Of a DNA stretch of 45,609 nucleotides, positions 35,101 through 45,609 are shown in pieces. Made by a program: the position numbers and the translations under genes. The DNA comes from Macrostomum lignano. Lineage: Eukaryota. The stretch lies in contig NIVC01004448.1 of NCBI GenBank assembly GCA_002269645.1, forward strand, positions 1-45,609. Reading direction: 5' to 3'. How positions within the stretch are numbered: the first letter of the stretch is position 1; every line of letters starts with the position of its first letter. The notes beneath the pieces are model-generated. The model was not told the DNA's origin. It ran no database searches and worked only from the letters and a program-made list of their open reading frames with translations.

Positions 35101-36397
35101 AAGCACTCATTTTAGCGCCGCAGGCACTCATTTTAGCGTCGCAGGCACTCATTTTACCGCCAAAGGCACTCATTTTAGCGCCGCAGGAACTCAATTTAGC
35201 GCCCGCAGGAACTCATTTCAGCGCTGCAGGCACTCATTTTAGCGCCGCAGGCACTCATTTTAGCGCCGCAGGCACTCATTTTAGCGCCGCAGGAACTCAA
35301 TTTAGCGCCCGCAGGAACTCATTTCAGCGCCGCAGGCACTCATTTTAGCGCCACAGGCACTCATTTTAGCGCCGCAGGAACTCATTTTAGCGCCCGCAGG
35401 AACTCATTTTAGCGCCGCAGGCACTCATTTTAGCGCCGCAGGAACTCATTTCAGCGCCGCAGGCACTCATTTTAGCGCCGCAGGCACTCATTTTAGCGCC
35501 GCAGGCACTCATTTTAGCGCCGCAGGAACTCAATTTAGCGCCCGCAGGAACTCATATCAGCGCCGCAGGCACTCATTTTAGCGCCACAGGCACTCATTTT
35601 AGCGCCGCAGGAACTCATTTTAGCGCCCGCAGGAACTCATTTTAGCGCCGCAGGCACTCATTTTAGCGCCGCAGGAACTCATTTTAGCGCCACAGGCACT
35701 CATTTTAGCGCCACAGGCACTCATTTTAGCGCCATAGGCACTCATTTTAGCGCCACAGGCACTCATTTTAGCGCCGCAGGCACTCATTTTAGCGCCACAG
35801 GCACTCATTTTAGCGCCACAGGCACTCATTTTAGCGCCATAGGCACTCATTTTAGCGCCACAGGCACTCATTTTAGCGCTATAGGCACTCATTTAGGTGC
35901 TGCAGGCACTGTGTTTTGTCGCCCTGCAGCAAAATTATTGATTTCCATAACGGGTCACAAGGTGGGATGGGGGGACAAAGCATTGGCATGTCCCACCCAT
36001 ATCTTTTATGGGGGGGGCATGTCGATCCTCTCTGTCCCCCGGTGGCGACGCGCTCCTGTCATAACCTCCCCTTTGCGTAGCATTTCTACAGAATTTGAAT
36101 CAAATTCCAGCAAAAGCGCAAGCTCGACTTTCTCACCTTGTCAACGTAGAAATAATAGATTTTAATTCGGAAATCGGGGAACAGGTCCGTAAGGCTGTTA
36201 ATGACCGGCTCCAGGGCCTGCAGCGCTGGTGCCTCGTCAGCCCAGCTGGACGATTCTTCAACGCACAAGCTCAGCAGAGCGACTTCAAAACGACTGTCTG
36301 ACTTGATTGACTGGTTTTGAGCAGCTGCACTGCAGATCGTGATGGTTGGCAGCAGCAGCAGCAGGCTGTACAGAAGCCAGCAGTTGACCCAGCGCAT
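19707..36397 (-). CDS. GABA-B-receptor-like class C GPCR (Venus flytrap + 7TM), 15 exons, ~745 aa; this copy has a frameshift and a shortened TM1 (possible pseudogene or assembly error)
   Basis: Exons on minus: 36137-36397, 36066-36085, 34495-34624, 34081-34251, 29843-29956 (GC donor), 28616-28684, 26548-26745, 25784-26005, 25367-25430, 25211-25288, 23525-23850, 22035-22157, 21852-21978, 20215-20460, 19707-19799. Splice phases are all compatible apart from a +1 shift inside 20215-20460. Family motifs: signal peptide, [75 protein letters not shown]...[14 protein letters not shown]. The last motif is most like the GABA-B2 type, but orthology is not established. Confidence 0.85.
19869..20214. 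repeat. (GACA)n microsatellite in last GPCR intron
   Basis: Tetranucleotide run with GGCA and CACA variants. Confidence 0.97.
20536..21814. repeat. Minisatellite, ~31-bp unit, interrupted by a MITE
   Basis: Unit TTGCTGAGATGCC(A)TGATGACTCATGGGGG(G)A(A). Confidence 0.95.
20818..21261. mobile_element. Non-autonomous hAT-like MITE, 444 bp, with internal tandem array
   Basis: TIRs CAGGGGCGTAGCCAG / CTGGCTACGCCCCTG. Perfect 8-bp TSD CATGGGGG at 20810-20817 and 21262-21269. The interior has about 16 copies of a ~20-24-bp GCGCCCCCC(C)TAAAAGAAACTG unit. An 8-bp TSD with CAG ends is typical of hAT. Confidence 0.92.
22215..23453. repeat. Minisatellite, 21-bp unit, GPCR intron 11
   Basis: Unit TCATCAGTTTGTCATCCTCAG. 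This array is the source of the spurious MTEDDKL and HQFVILS ORFs. Confidence 0.97.
23888..24865. repeat. G-rich minisatellite, ~19-21-bp unit, GPCR intron 10
   Basis: Unit GAGTTGAGGGGAATGT(G/A), with GAATTGAGGGGAATTTG variants at the left end. Confidence 0.95.
25441..25697 (-). mobile_element. tRNA-derived SINE (family 1)
   Basis: Minus strand begins GGGGCTATAGCCTAGTGGCTAGAGCG (A box TAGCCTAGTGG), with B box GGTTCGATTCC at plus 25636-25646. It continues GTCCTTGAGCAAGACACTTAAC...CATCCAGCTACTGTAAAATGGGTGCC, resembling conserved central domains of SINE superfamilies. No TSD was found. Confidence 0.8.
26039..26417. repeat. (GCT)n-based compound repeat, ATGGAAACT(GCT)n units
   Basis: Directly visible. 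It is the source of the spurious METAAA, CCYGN and LLLWK ORFs and lies in GPCR intron 7. Confidence 0.95.
26878..28474. repeat. 20-bp satellite (C-rich on plus), GPCR intron 6
   Basis: Unit CCTGACACCCAACTGYCTYC. Confidence 0.97.
28831..29166. repeat. 20-bp minisatellite, ~16 copies, GPCR intron 5
   Basis: Unit CTGGCTAGCCCCCTTGCCCC. Confidence 0.95.
29413..29773 (-). mobile_element. tRNA-derived SINE (family 2), 361 bp, with perfect 14-bp TSD
   Basis: Minus strand begins GGGGGCCGTAGCCCAGTGGTAGCG (A box), has a B-box variant GGCTCGATTCC and ends CTAATAAAAAAA. The TSD CTGAACTAGCTGTC is at 29399-29412 and 29774-29787. Confidence 0.9.
30026..34055. repeat. 20/21-bp satellite (G-rich on plus) with higher-order structure, GPCR intron 4, split by a solo LTR
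   Basis: Units GTGTCAGGGAAGGCAGTTGG and GTATCAGCTAAGGCGGATTGG. It is the reverse complement of the 26878-28474 array. Confidence 0.97.
32574..33649. mobile_element. Solo LTR, 1076 bp, inserted in the satellite
   Basis: Starts TGAAGAG and ends CTCTACA (TG...CA, 6/7 inverted match). A 4-bp TSD GGCA is at 32570-32573 and 33650-33653. There is no coding content. A TATAAATA on minus lies at 33343-33350. Confidence 0.8.
34720..36058. mobile_element. Degenerate hAT-like MITE carrying a ~1.06-kb internal 22-23-bp array, GPCR intron 2
   Basis: Ends are (C)TGGGGCGTCACC and GGTGGCGACGCGCTCCTG. Candidate 8-bp TSD TCATGACC (34712-34719) / TCATAACC (36059-36066). The internal array CATTTTAGCGCCGCAGGCACT spans about 34830-35893. 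Confidence 0.65.
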
Positions 36398-37626
36398 GCT
36401 GTGTCAGCAATCTCTGTTGAAGGTGATGTTGAAAATTATTTAAAGTGAAAATTTATCCAATTACTTTATTACGAGTACTGACGAAGTGCGCGCATAGGCG
36501 CATAGCTGAACAAATTGCTTCTTTGCAATTAATTGCTTCCAGGGCTATATTTTATCTCGTCTCAAAGGGCACGGTAAAAACACGTGACTTCTTTGCAGTT
36601 GCGGGTCTAAGGGCCAATCAGACCGATTTTCGATTGACGCAGGTTTCACTTTGAATAGTCCGTGTGTTGGACGAGAGCAAATGATCGACTGGCAGACACT
36701 GTTGCAAGCTGGAGCTGGAGATCTTGCACTACGCTCGGATATATAGATCGAATATGTCATGGGAGGTGGTATTTAGCTGTTTCTTCTGCCACTCCCTGAC
36801 GATGAGGCAACTATATTATTGCTCGAAATACAGTTGTATTAGTCTTAATTGCTTTTTGCGAAGCGCCAAATACACAGCTTGTACGTACAGGGTTCGGCCA
36901 TTAAACAATTCGTCTGAGAAAACTGCATGAATGAAAAATATCGATAAATCTAAAAAAACATGCATAATAAAGCGATATAGGGACAAATGAAATTTCGCTT
37001 GATGAAACTTTGCTTGATTGCCGGCCTCAGATAGCATTTAAATGTATTGAAAAATTATAAGTCTTGATAAAATTATGAATGCCCCTAATTAATTGATGGG
37101 ATCCATGCGTACATAGTTTGTGCAATCCACTATTACTCAAAATTCTTCCTTTACGAATCCTAGCTATCCTGCTGTCTGTATAGAAAAACCGGTAATTTGT
37201 GCAGGCAAAACGGCATGTTTGATTAATACGAAAAAATTAATCGAAGCTAGCGGTGTAAAATATTTAAATGTTAAGTCTAACAAATTTATATTATCCGTTA
37301 AATAACTTAAACTATAATTTTTAAATCCTAAAGCAAGCTTATTTTTATAAGAAAAATACATATTATACCGACTTAGCTGAATTATTTTAAAAAACGGTGT
37401 AGTTGCTATGGCTGAGGGCTCATTTACGCCTTTTAATTCAAAGCAAGCATACATTGTATTTCATATAATTAAAGAATAAGATACACGTAGCCCGTAGGTC
37501 GTAGATAGTTATTTAATATTTTTGGTAAATTAAACGCCTTTTCTTTGAAGCAAAAGGAGTACTTGGATATAGCTAATACCTTCTTAGTTGTGCTTCACTA
37601 TCAACAAAGGCATTTAATTCTTTCAA
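36398..37626. promoter_or_regulatory. Divergent intergenic region between GPCR and RPGR start codons (candidate shared promoter)
   Basis: 1229 bp between head-to-head ATGs, free of tandem arrays, with a CCAAT at 36614-36618. Promoter function is inferred from position only. Confidence 0.45.
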
Positions 37627-40600
37627 ATGGATGCAAGCGAACTGAACTTTGATATTCCAGGTAAGATACGAAAAATAGTGCGCATTTTGAGTGAAAAAAT
37701 TCTATTAAACTCCTGTGACACTTGCAGAAATTTAGCTCTCTAAGAATATATTATAAATTACATAAATAAAAAATCTCACATGAAACTGACATTTGAAATT
37801 TTATTTGAGCCATTTTCATTTTGGATAATTTATTTTGTATTTGTTTCTTAAAAATCAACGATTAAAGGAATTTGGATTGCGCGTACATTTTTCGTGATTA
37901 TAGGAACTTAACGATGTTTCTTTATTGAAACTAAAACACTTCATACACATGCTCATGACATGAAGTATAAAAAATGTCCATTGAAAAAAATTGTCCATTG
38001 TCCATAAAAAAATCCATTGAAAGAACATAGGGCCTAATTTATTTATAACTGAAAATTTTTTAATTGAATCATAAATAAATACCAGTATATATTTCATTCT
38101 TTTCTGTTTAAAACGAATATCACAATGGAATCTCAGCAAACTGATGACCATCTATTTTTTGCAGACTCCGGCGCAATCTTCGCATTCGGCAAAAACGTGC
38201 CAAACCGATTTTACGTCAAAAATGACAAAATCGTCTCCATGGACTGCGGCGAAGGCCACGCGGTGATGGTGGCCGCCTCCGGCCGGGTGTTTGGCTTCGG
38301 CCTGAACGACTACGGCCAGCTGGGGTTGGGCAGCAAGGCCACCCAGGCCAAACCCGCAGTGGTCAAACAGCTGAAAGAAGACGGCGTCAAAGCTGTGAAA
38401 GTTGCCTGCGGCCCAACGCACACGCTGGTGCTGGCAGACGACGGCATTGTCTACGGCTACGGGAACAACTCGGACGGTCAGATCACCGGCGACGAAGCCG
38501 ACTTCACGCGGCCGGTGGAGGTGGAGCAGCTGGAGAATGTTGAAGTTCGTGACCTCGCGGCGGGGCGGGCGTTCAGCTTGGCCGTTTCTAAGAAAGGTAA
38601 GTTCAAATTGCCGCAAAAATGAGCTCGAGGATTAGTTCAGAAAAACATTCAGGGGACCCATGAATGCAGCAATACACAGGAATAATTATTGGTGGCACTT
38701 CAGGAGAGGAGATGACTCATTCAAGAAAAGAAAGGAGACCGGTTAAAAATGAAGACCTCAGTAAAAGCAATGAGACCTCAGGATAATCTATGAGCCCTCA
38801 AAACCAACTATGAGACGTCAAGATAAACTGTGAGACCTCAGCGCGTGAACTGAGACTTCAGGATAACCAATGAGACTTCAGGATAAACCATGAGACCTCA
38901 GGATAAACTATGAGAACACAAGAAAAAGCCTAAGACAACTCAGGCTGATCCTCATTGATCTTCTCTCTTCCTCTGCCAGGCGAGCTGCTGGCCTGGGGCG
39001 GCAACACTGAAGGCTGTCTGGGCCAGGAAGACCCGGACCTGCCGGGCAGCCCGGACCCCATGCCGGTGCACCTGCCAGGCCGAGTGGCGGCCGTGTCTGC
39101 CGGCAGCTACCACTGCGCCTGCGTGCTGACTGACGGCCGGCTGTACGCCTGGGGCGAGACGGAGCGCGGCAAGCTGGGGATCCGCAACGCCGAGGACCAG
39201 GAGTTTCTGTTCAGCCCGCAGCCGGTGCCGGTGCCCGGACGGGTGCAGATGGTGAGACTGATTAGAGCCGTTATATCAAGATTTTAAATGAGATTTTACT
39301 CTTCAAATCTTTATTCGTTTACTTTTCTCAGTAGTGTAAATTGAATCACAAATTTGAAAATAAAAATCGGTTATTTTATTTTGTTTATTTTCACAGGTGT
39401 CCTGCGGCCTTGAGCACACTCTGGTGCTGACTGAGAACGGTCGAGTGTACGTCTGCGGCAGCGGCGAGTCCGGGCAGCTGGGCCTCGGCACCGGCTGCAC
39501 CTACGCGCCGACTGTGAAAGTCGTGTCCGGACTGGAGAAGCTCAAAGTAGCCTGTGAGTTGATTTAGGAATGATTGAGAGACTTCAGGAATGATTGTGAG
39601 ACTTCAGGAATGATTGTGAGACTTCAGGAATGATTGTGAGACTTCAGGAATGATTGAGAGACTTCAGGAATGATTGTGAGACTTCAGGAATGATTGAAAG
39701 ACTTCAAAAATGATTGTGAGGCTTTAGGAATGATTGTGAGACTTCAGGAATGATTGTGAGACTTCAGGAAAGATTGTGAGACTTCAGGAATGATTGTGAG
39801 ACTTCAGGAATTATTTGAGACTTCAGGAAAGATTGTGAGACTTCAGGAATGATTTTGAGACTTCAGGAATGATTTGAGACTTCAGAGAAGACTGCGAGAC
39901 TTCAGGAATGATTGTGAGACTTCAGGAATTATTTGAGACTTCAGGAAAGATTGTGAGACTTCAGGAATGATTTTGAGACTTCAGGAATGATTTGAGACTT
40001 CAGAGAAGACTGCGAGACTTCAGGAATGATTGTGAGACTTTATGAGAGAATATCTCAAACCGATAACCCCATATCGACTCTGCATCTCTGAATCACCAAT
40101 CTCCAGGCGTGGCCGCAGGCGAGCGGCACTCGATGTGTGTCTGCAGCCGCACCGGCCAGCTGTACGCTTTCGGCGATCCCCAGCACGGCAAGCTGGGATT
40201 CAAGCCCGCGACCTCAGGCGGCGGGGGCGGCGGCAGTCGATACTCTTCCTCAGCTTCTGGCGGCTGCCTGTTCGAGCCCACGCTGGTGACCGCCCTGCGC
40301 CCGATCAGCGTCCAGCAGGTGGTCTGCGGCACCCTCCTGACCGCCGTGCTTGCCGTGCCCGCCAAGGACGCCGGCGGCGGCAGCGGGCGGAGCTCCTCGC
40401 TGGCCAGGCCGGGCTCGAGCAGCGACAACGAGGCCGACGACAAGCTGCCGGCGCTGCGCGGCCGAGCGAGCTCCCTCGGCAGGCGGGGCAGCTTCCAGGA
40501 GCTCAACAATAACAATAGCGGCATCGGCACCTCGGCGTCTCTGGCCGACAGGCGGGTCGGCGGCGGCCGGCTGGCGCCGTTGTCGTTGAACGGCGCGGAA

Positions 40601-42530
40601 AGACCGGCGCCGAGCGGCTCTCTGGATCGGAGCGGCAGATTCTCGCCGTTGGCGCTGCGGGGCAGCTCAAGTCCGAGTGGGTTGGGGCGTTTCTGTGGGG
40701 TTGGCGGGTCAAGGTGGGTCAATCTGTGGGAAGTGAAGCTTAGGGATCTGTGGGAAGAGAAGCTTAGGGATCTGTGGGAAGGGAAGCTTAGGGATCTGTG
40801 GGAAGAGAAGTTTTCCAGAGCATCTTTTACGCATCCACGCATCCTAATTTCAGGGTATGGCTCCGACTCAGACGCTCTGAAGCCCTCAAAGGTAAACACG
40901 TTTGCACACTGTATATCTCAATTAACTGCTTTTGCAGTTTTGTGCAATTGGCCAAACGGAAATTTTAGAAACTGGATCCCATCAAACAGCGAGACGGAGA
41001 CCTAGCTGGCTCCAGCAGAAGACCCAGAAACTCCACAGCAGCAACCAAGGTGAGTCCACAGGGGCTCACTTTCACTCTGCCTCTCATGGCGGTTTTAATC
41101 CAGTTTTCCTCCATGTAGACTCCTTAAACTCCTCATCCCTTATTATTCTCCCAGTCTCCCTCCCAGTCTCCCTCCCAGTCTACCACCCAGTCTCCCTCTG
41201 AATCTCCCTCTGAATCTCCCTCTCAATCTCCCTCCCAGTCTCCCTCCCAGTCTCCCTCCCAGTCTCCCTCCCAGTCTACCACCCAGTCTCCCTCTGAATC
41301 TCCCTCTGAATCTCCCTCTCAATCTCCCTCCCAGTCTCCCTCCCAGTCTCCCTCCCAGTCTCCCTCCCAGTCTCCCTCTGAATCTCCCTCTCAGTCTCCT
41401 TCTCAATCTCCCTCTCAGTCTCCTTCTCAGTCTCCTTCTCAGTCTCCCTCTCAGTCTCCCTCCCAGTCTTCCTCTCAGTCTCCCTCTCAGTCTCCCTCCC
41501 AGTCTCCCTCTCAGTCTGCCTCCTAGTCTCCCTCTCAGTCCGCCTCCCAGTCTCCCTCTCAGTCTCCCTCCCAGTCTCCCTCTCAGTCTCCCTCTCAGTC
41601 TCCCTCCCAGTCTCCCTCTCAGTCTGCCTCCTAGTCTCCCTCTCAGTCCGCCTCCCAGTCTCCCTCCCAGTCTCCCTCCCAGTCTCCCTCCCAGTCTCCC
41701 TCCCAGTCTCCCTCCCAGTCTTCCTCTCAGTCCGCCTCCCAGTCTGCCTCCCAGTCTCCCTCTGAGCGCCCTGCTCCTCCATCTCTCATACTTTACAGTT
41801 TGACAGTCTCCTAATGGGTCCGTCTGACTCTCAGGACTCTCAGAGCGACAATGAAGACGAAAAACGACTGAAAGGGTCCGGCAGTCGGCAGGTGAGTTAT
41901 AGTTTTTGAAACCGCTCACTCAAAATAGATGCAAGCTATTCTACTGACAGTAGAAAGTAAGAAACATTAGTTTTTTCCAAAAGCGTAAAAATTGTTTGAT
42001 ATATCAAAATAGGCTACTCTTAGTAGAAAGTAAGTAATATAAGCAAAATTTTCCTTTCAAAACTGCAGCGCGGCAAGCCCTCGGGTCGGCTGGGTCGCGA
42101 CCAATCGCCGCCGCCTTCAAGCCGCGCCGCCGGCCGTTCCGGTGGCCGCGGCGGATCGAAGCCACTGAAGCCGATCGGCCACTCGGATGAAGACGAGGAG
42201 AACAGCGACAAAGACTTTGGCAGAGGCCGAGCCGGCCGAGGCGGCCGCAAAGACGGCAACAACAAGATCAAAGACGCCGCCGACAGTCGACGAAAGACGC
42301 GCGGCCGCGCACTGTCAAGGTCAGAGGATGAGGATGACGAGACAGATGAAGAGAACGACCGGCGGCTGACTTCGCCCTCGCGACGGCGTCGAATGTCCAG
42401 CGAAGGCAAGGAGCCGGCTGGTCGGAGGGACAGCAGAGAAGGCGACAGCGGTGTTGCCAAGGGCATCGGCTGCGGTCGCGGAGGCAGGTCGGGCGGCGAT
42501 GGCAAAACCAGATCGTGCCAGGTCCTGTGA
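37627..42530 (+). CDS. RPGR: RPGR orthologue (RCC1-like beta-propeller, low-complexity tail, C-terminal CaaX), 9 exons, ~705 aa
   Basis: Exons 37627-37660, 38165-38596, 38980-39251, 39397-39553, 40107-40676, 40854-40891, 40990-41049, 41799-41891, 42069-42530, all GT-AG and phase-compatible. The N-terminus IPDSGAIFAFGK...RFYVKND...NDYGQLGLGSK...KP..VK matches human RPGR as recalled (MPDSGAVFTFGK...KFWFKND...NNWGQLGLGSK). It ends SCQVL*, compared with SCTIL in the human constitutive isoform. Confidence 0.88.
38750..38945. repeat. Degenerate 20-bp tandem repeat, RPGR intron 2
   Basis: Variants of ATGAGACCTCAGGATAAACT. Confidence 0.8.
39565..40040. repeat. 20-bp minisatellite, RPGR intron 4
   Basis: Unit GAGACTTCAGGAATGATTGT. 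Confidence 0.95.
40720..40808. repeat. 22-bp repeat, 3-4 copies, RPGR intron 5
   Basis: Unit GAAGCTTAGGGATCTGTGGGAA. Confidence 0.85.
41148..41764. repeat. 12-bp pyrimidine-rich minisatellite, RPGR intron 7
   Basis: Unit CCCAGTCTCCCT / CTCAGTCTCCCT. Confidence 0.95.
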
Positions 42531-43486
42531 CTGAGTGCAGTTTAAAATGGGACTGGGAAGGCCAGATGCCCAGGGCAGCCTGTAGCCCGGCGCTCCCGAG
42601 CGTTTCTGTTCCAAGTTTGACCCGACGCGAGTTCGAATCCTGGCAGCTTAGTAATAGTAGAAACCATGGGATTAATTTGAATTATTTGATTGCCCTACTA
42701 ATAGTAGCTTATTAGTAGACGCGAGTTTGAATCTCAATAGCAATCAAAAAATTGAAAAGATAATCATTTCAAATGCTCGATTGCCTTACTAATAGTAGTT
42801 TTCCGAAATTAGTAGATTTGGATTGTAAAAACCTTAAAGGAAATGAAAATATCTACTTTGAAGCAGTGTGCAGACACAGATTTAAATTTAAATTATTCAA
42901 ATCCCCAAGCCTAAAGGCGAACTCTGGTTGCAATATTTTACATTTATAACTTTCTTATATGCATATTCTAATCTTTCCGCTACCAGTAGGCAGTTTTGCG
43001 TTTTGCAAAAAATCCACTATAACCCGCGACTCTCTTTAAGTAGCTCTGCCTACCTATTCAAACTTGACGATGAATTTTTTATGATTTCAGATTTCAGTGC
43101 AAAAAAGTCACGCCAGACTCGAGCAATTTTGATTTAGATTTATATTTTTGTTTCTTACGACAATTACTCGCTGACTTCCTTGGTCTGACATATATTGTTG
43201 TTCGACACAAGTTTCACTCGCAATATTTTGGTGAGGCGGCCTGCCGACCTGCGATATCCAATGCCTCTAGTCGTGCCCTCTTTAAAGCTGCCACGTCTGT
43301 TTACTCAGTCGATAATCTTTTCGCAATATTTAATTTTAAAACGAGACTTTGTCATATGATTGAATATTTTTAATATATTATCATTATATAATTGTTGAGA
43401 CAGCAGAGATGCTGCCGTATACACCTCTACCTGCCTGCCTTCTGGCACCTGCAACTGAGAAAGCTGTGTTTCATTCAGCTTATTTT

Positions 43487-44619
43487 TGCATTGCAGTGTG
43501 TGGGGTTTGCATTGCAGTGTGTGGGGTTTTCATTGCAGTGTGTGGGGTTTTCATTGCAGTGTGTGGGGTTTGTGTTGCAGTGTGTGGGGTTTGTGTTGCA
43601 GTGTGTGGGGTTTGTGTTGCAGTGTGTGGGGTTTGTGTTGCAGTGTGTGGGGTTTTCATTGCAGTGTGTGGGGTTTTCATTGCAGTGTGTGGGGTTTGTG
43701 TTGCAGTGTGTGGGGTTTGTGTTGCAGTTTGTGGGGTTTGTGTTGCAGTGTGTGGGGTTTGTGTTGCAGTGTGTGGGGTTTTCATTGCAGTGTGTGGGGT
43801 TTGTATTGCAGTGTGGGGTTTGTGTTGCAGTGTGTGGGGTTTGCATTGCAGGGTGTGGGGTTTGTGTTGCAGTGTGTGGGGTTTGTGTTGCAGTTTGTGG
43901 GGCTTGAGTTGCAGTGTGTGGGGTTTGTGTTGCAGTGTGTGGGGTTTGTGTTGCAGTGTGTGGGGTTTGTATTGCAGTGTGGGGTTTGTGTTGCAGTGTG
44001 TGGGATTTGCATTGCAGTGTGTGGGGTTTGAGTTGCAGTGTGTGGGGTTTGTGTTGCAGTGTGTGGGGTTTGTGTTGCAGTGTGTGGGGTTTGTGTTGCA
44101 GTGTGTGGGGTTTGTGTTGCAGTGTGTGGGGTTTGTGTTGCAGTGTGTGGGGTTTGTGTTGCAGTGTGTGGGGTTTGCATTGCAGTGTGTGGGGTTTGTG
44201 TTGCAGTGTGTGGGGTTTGTGTTGCAGTGTGTGGGGTTTGTGTTGCAGTGTGTGGGGTTTGCATTGCAGTGTGTGGGGTTTTCATTGCAGTGTGTGGGGT
44301 TTGCATTGCAGTGTGTGGGGTTTGTGTTGCAGTGTGTGGGGTTTGTGTTGCAGGGTGTGGGGTTTGTGTTGCAGTGTGTGGGGTTTGTGTTGCAGTGTGT
44401 GGGGTTTGTGTTGCAGTGTGTGGGGTTTGTGTTGCAGTGTGTGGGGTTTGTGTTGCAGGGTGTGGGGTTTGAGTTGCAGTGTGTGGGGTTTGTGTTGCAG
44501 GGTGTGGTGTTTGAGTTGCAGTGTGTGGGGTTTGTATTGCAGTGTGTGGGGTTTTGTGTTGCAGTGTGTGGGGTTTGTGTTGCAGTGTGTGGGGTTTGTG
44601 TTGCAGTGTGTGGGGTTTT
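43487..44619. repeat. 21-bp minisatellite
   Basis: Unit GTGTTGCAGTGTGTGGGGTTT. It is the source of the spurious CGVCVAV and TPHTATQ ORFs. Confidence 0.97.
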
Positions 44620-45169
44620 ACATATAGATCCAATATTCATAATCAACTTGGGTTTGTACTAAAGTAAACGGAAGTGGTTTCAGGAAGATATGCCACAGAG
44701 ACCCTGTGCAATCAGAAAGCACTCTGACCAATTTAAAGCGGCAATGTGGAACCCATTCCAGGTTAGCGGACCCATTCCACTAGCATTCGTGCTCCTCTTA
44801 TCGCGCTTTAACGAGTAGTCCTCTCGCTAGATGCCAGGCACATTTTCAGTGAGCACATCAGTCGCATAAACCCTGTACAACCCCATATAGCTACTGACTG
44901 TTTTTTTTTCGTTTCCATGGAAACACGCAGCATCAATTTATTTGAACGAGTCAGCAGACAATTACCCGATGCAGTTTCGCAAGAGTGATTGGCACATGGG
45001 GTAAGGAAATCTGATCTTTCATCGCATTGCAAATGCTTTGCAGTTGCAGTTTCCAGAAATAGAAAGCACCATTCATGTCAGCTCTCTCAGTCCGCGTTAA
45101 TCCGTTCGGTGCATGCAGCGTCGCATAAATTTGTTCAGGCCTGCCTCTGCTGCCTCTCGATTATATTGA

Positions 45170-45609
<440 letters not shown>

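Noticed and set aside
38125-38164. ATG at 38125 as RPGR start
   Set aside because: It lies in the acceptor tract (TTTTTTGCAG at 38155-38164). The upstream 34-nt exon at 37627 gives the conserved P-D junction.
41143-41919. Purine-rich repeat in an RPGR intron as an equivalent of vertebrate ORF15
   Set aside because: It is purine-rich on the antisense strand. On the sense strand, read-through from the 41050 donor stops within about 23 codons.
42625-42640. GAGTTCGAATCC as Pol III element
   Set aside because: A lone B-box match downstream of the RPGR stop with no A box or cloverleaf.
43392-44662. Cys/Val-rich ORFs (up to 417 aa)
   Set aside because: Translations of the 21-bp minisatellite.

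Overview
Eukaryotic (metazoan) genomic DNA with GC-rich exons, AT-rich introns and many different minisatellites. The overall style resembles a Macrostomum-type flatworm assembly, but that is inference only. Bases 1-13.4 kb are a transposon cluster: two diverged RNase H-bearing LINE copies joined head-to-tail, a decayed Ty3/Gypsy pol followed by two apparently paralogous accessory ORF relics, and a DD34D mariner with an intact transposase but a damaged left end. Three intron-containing genes follow, reconstructed by hand from splice signals and reading phase: LRRC69 (+, 2 exons), a 15-exon GABA-B-receptor-like class C GPCR (-), and an RPGR orthologue (+, 9 exons, ending in a CaaX box) lying head-to-head with the GPCR. 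The GPCR copy carries a frameshift and an apparently shortened TM1. Almost every large intron is filled by its own tandem array; the GPCR introns also hold two tRNA-derived SINEs, two hAT-like MITEs with internal arrays and a solo LTR. The most unusual structure is one 20-bp satellite present in opposite orientations on both sides of GPCR exons 5-6 (183 nt, phase 0-0, with a GC donor). This geometry predicts intron pairing and exon skipping or back-splicing. Most long ORFs in the supplied track from 17.7 kb onward are translations of tandem repeats and are not genes. No rRNA, true tRNA or CRISPR array was found.
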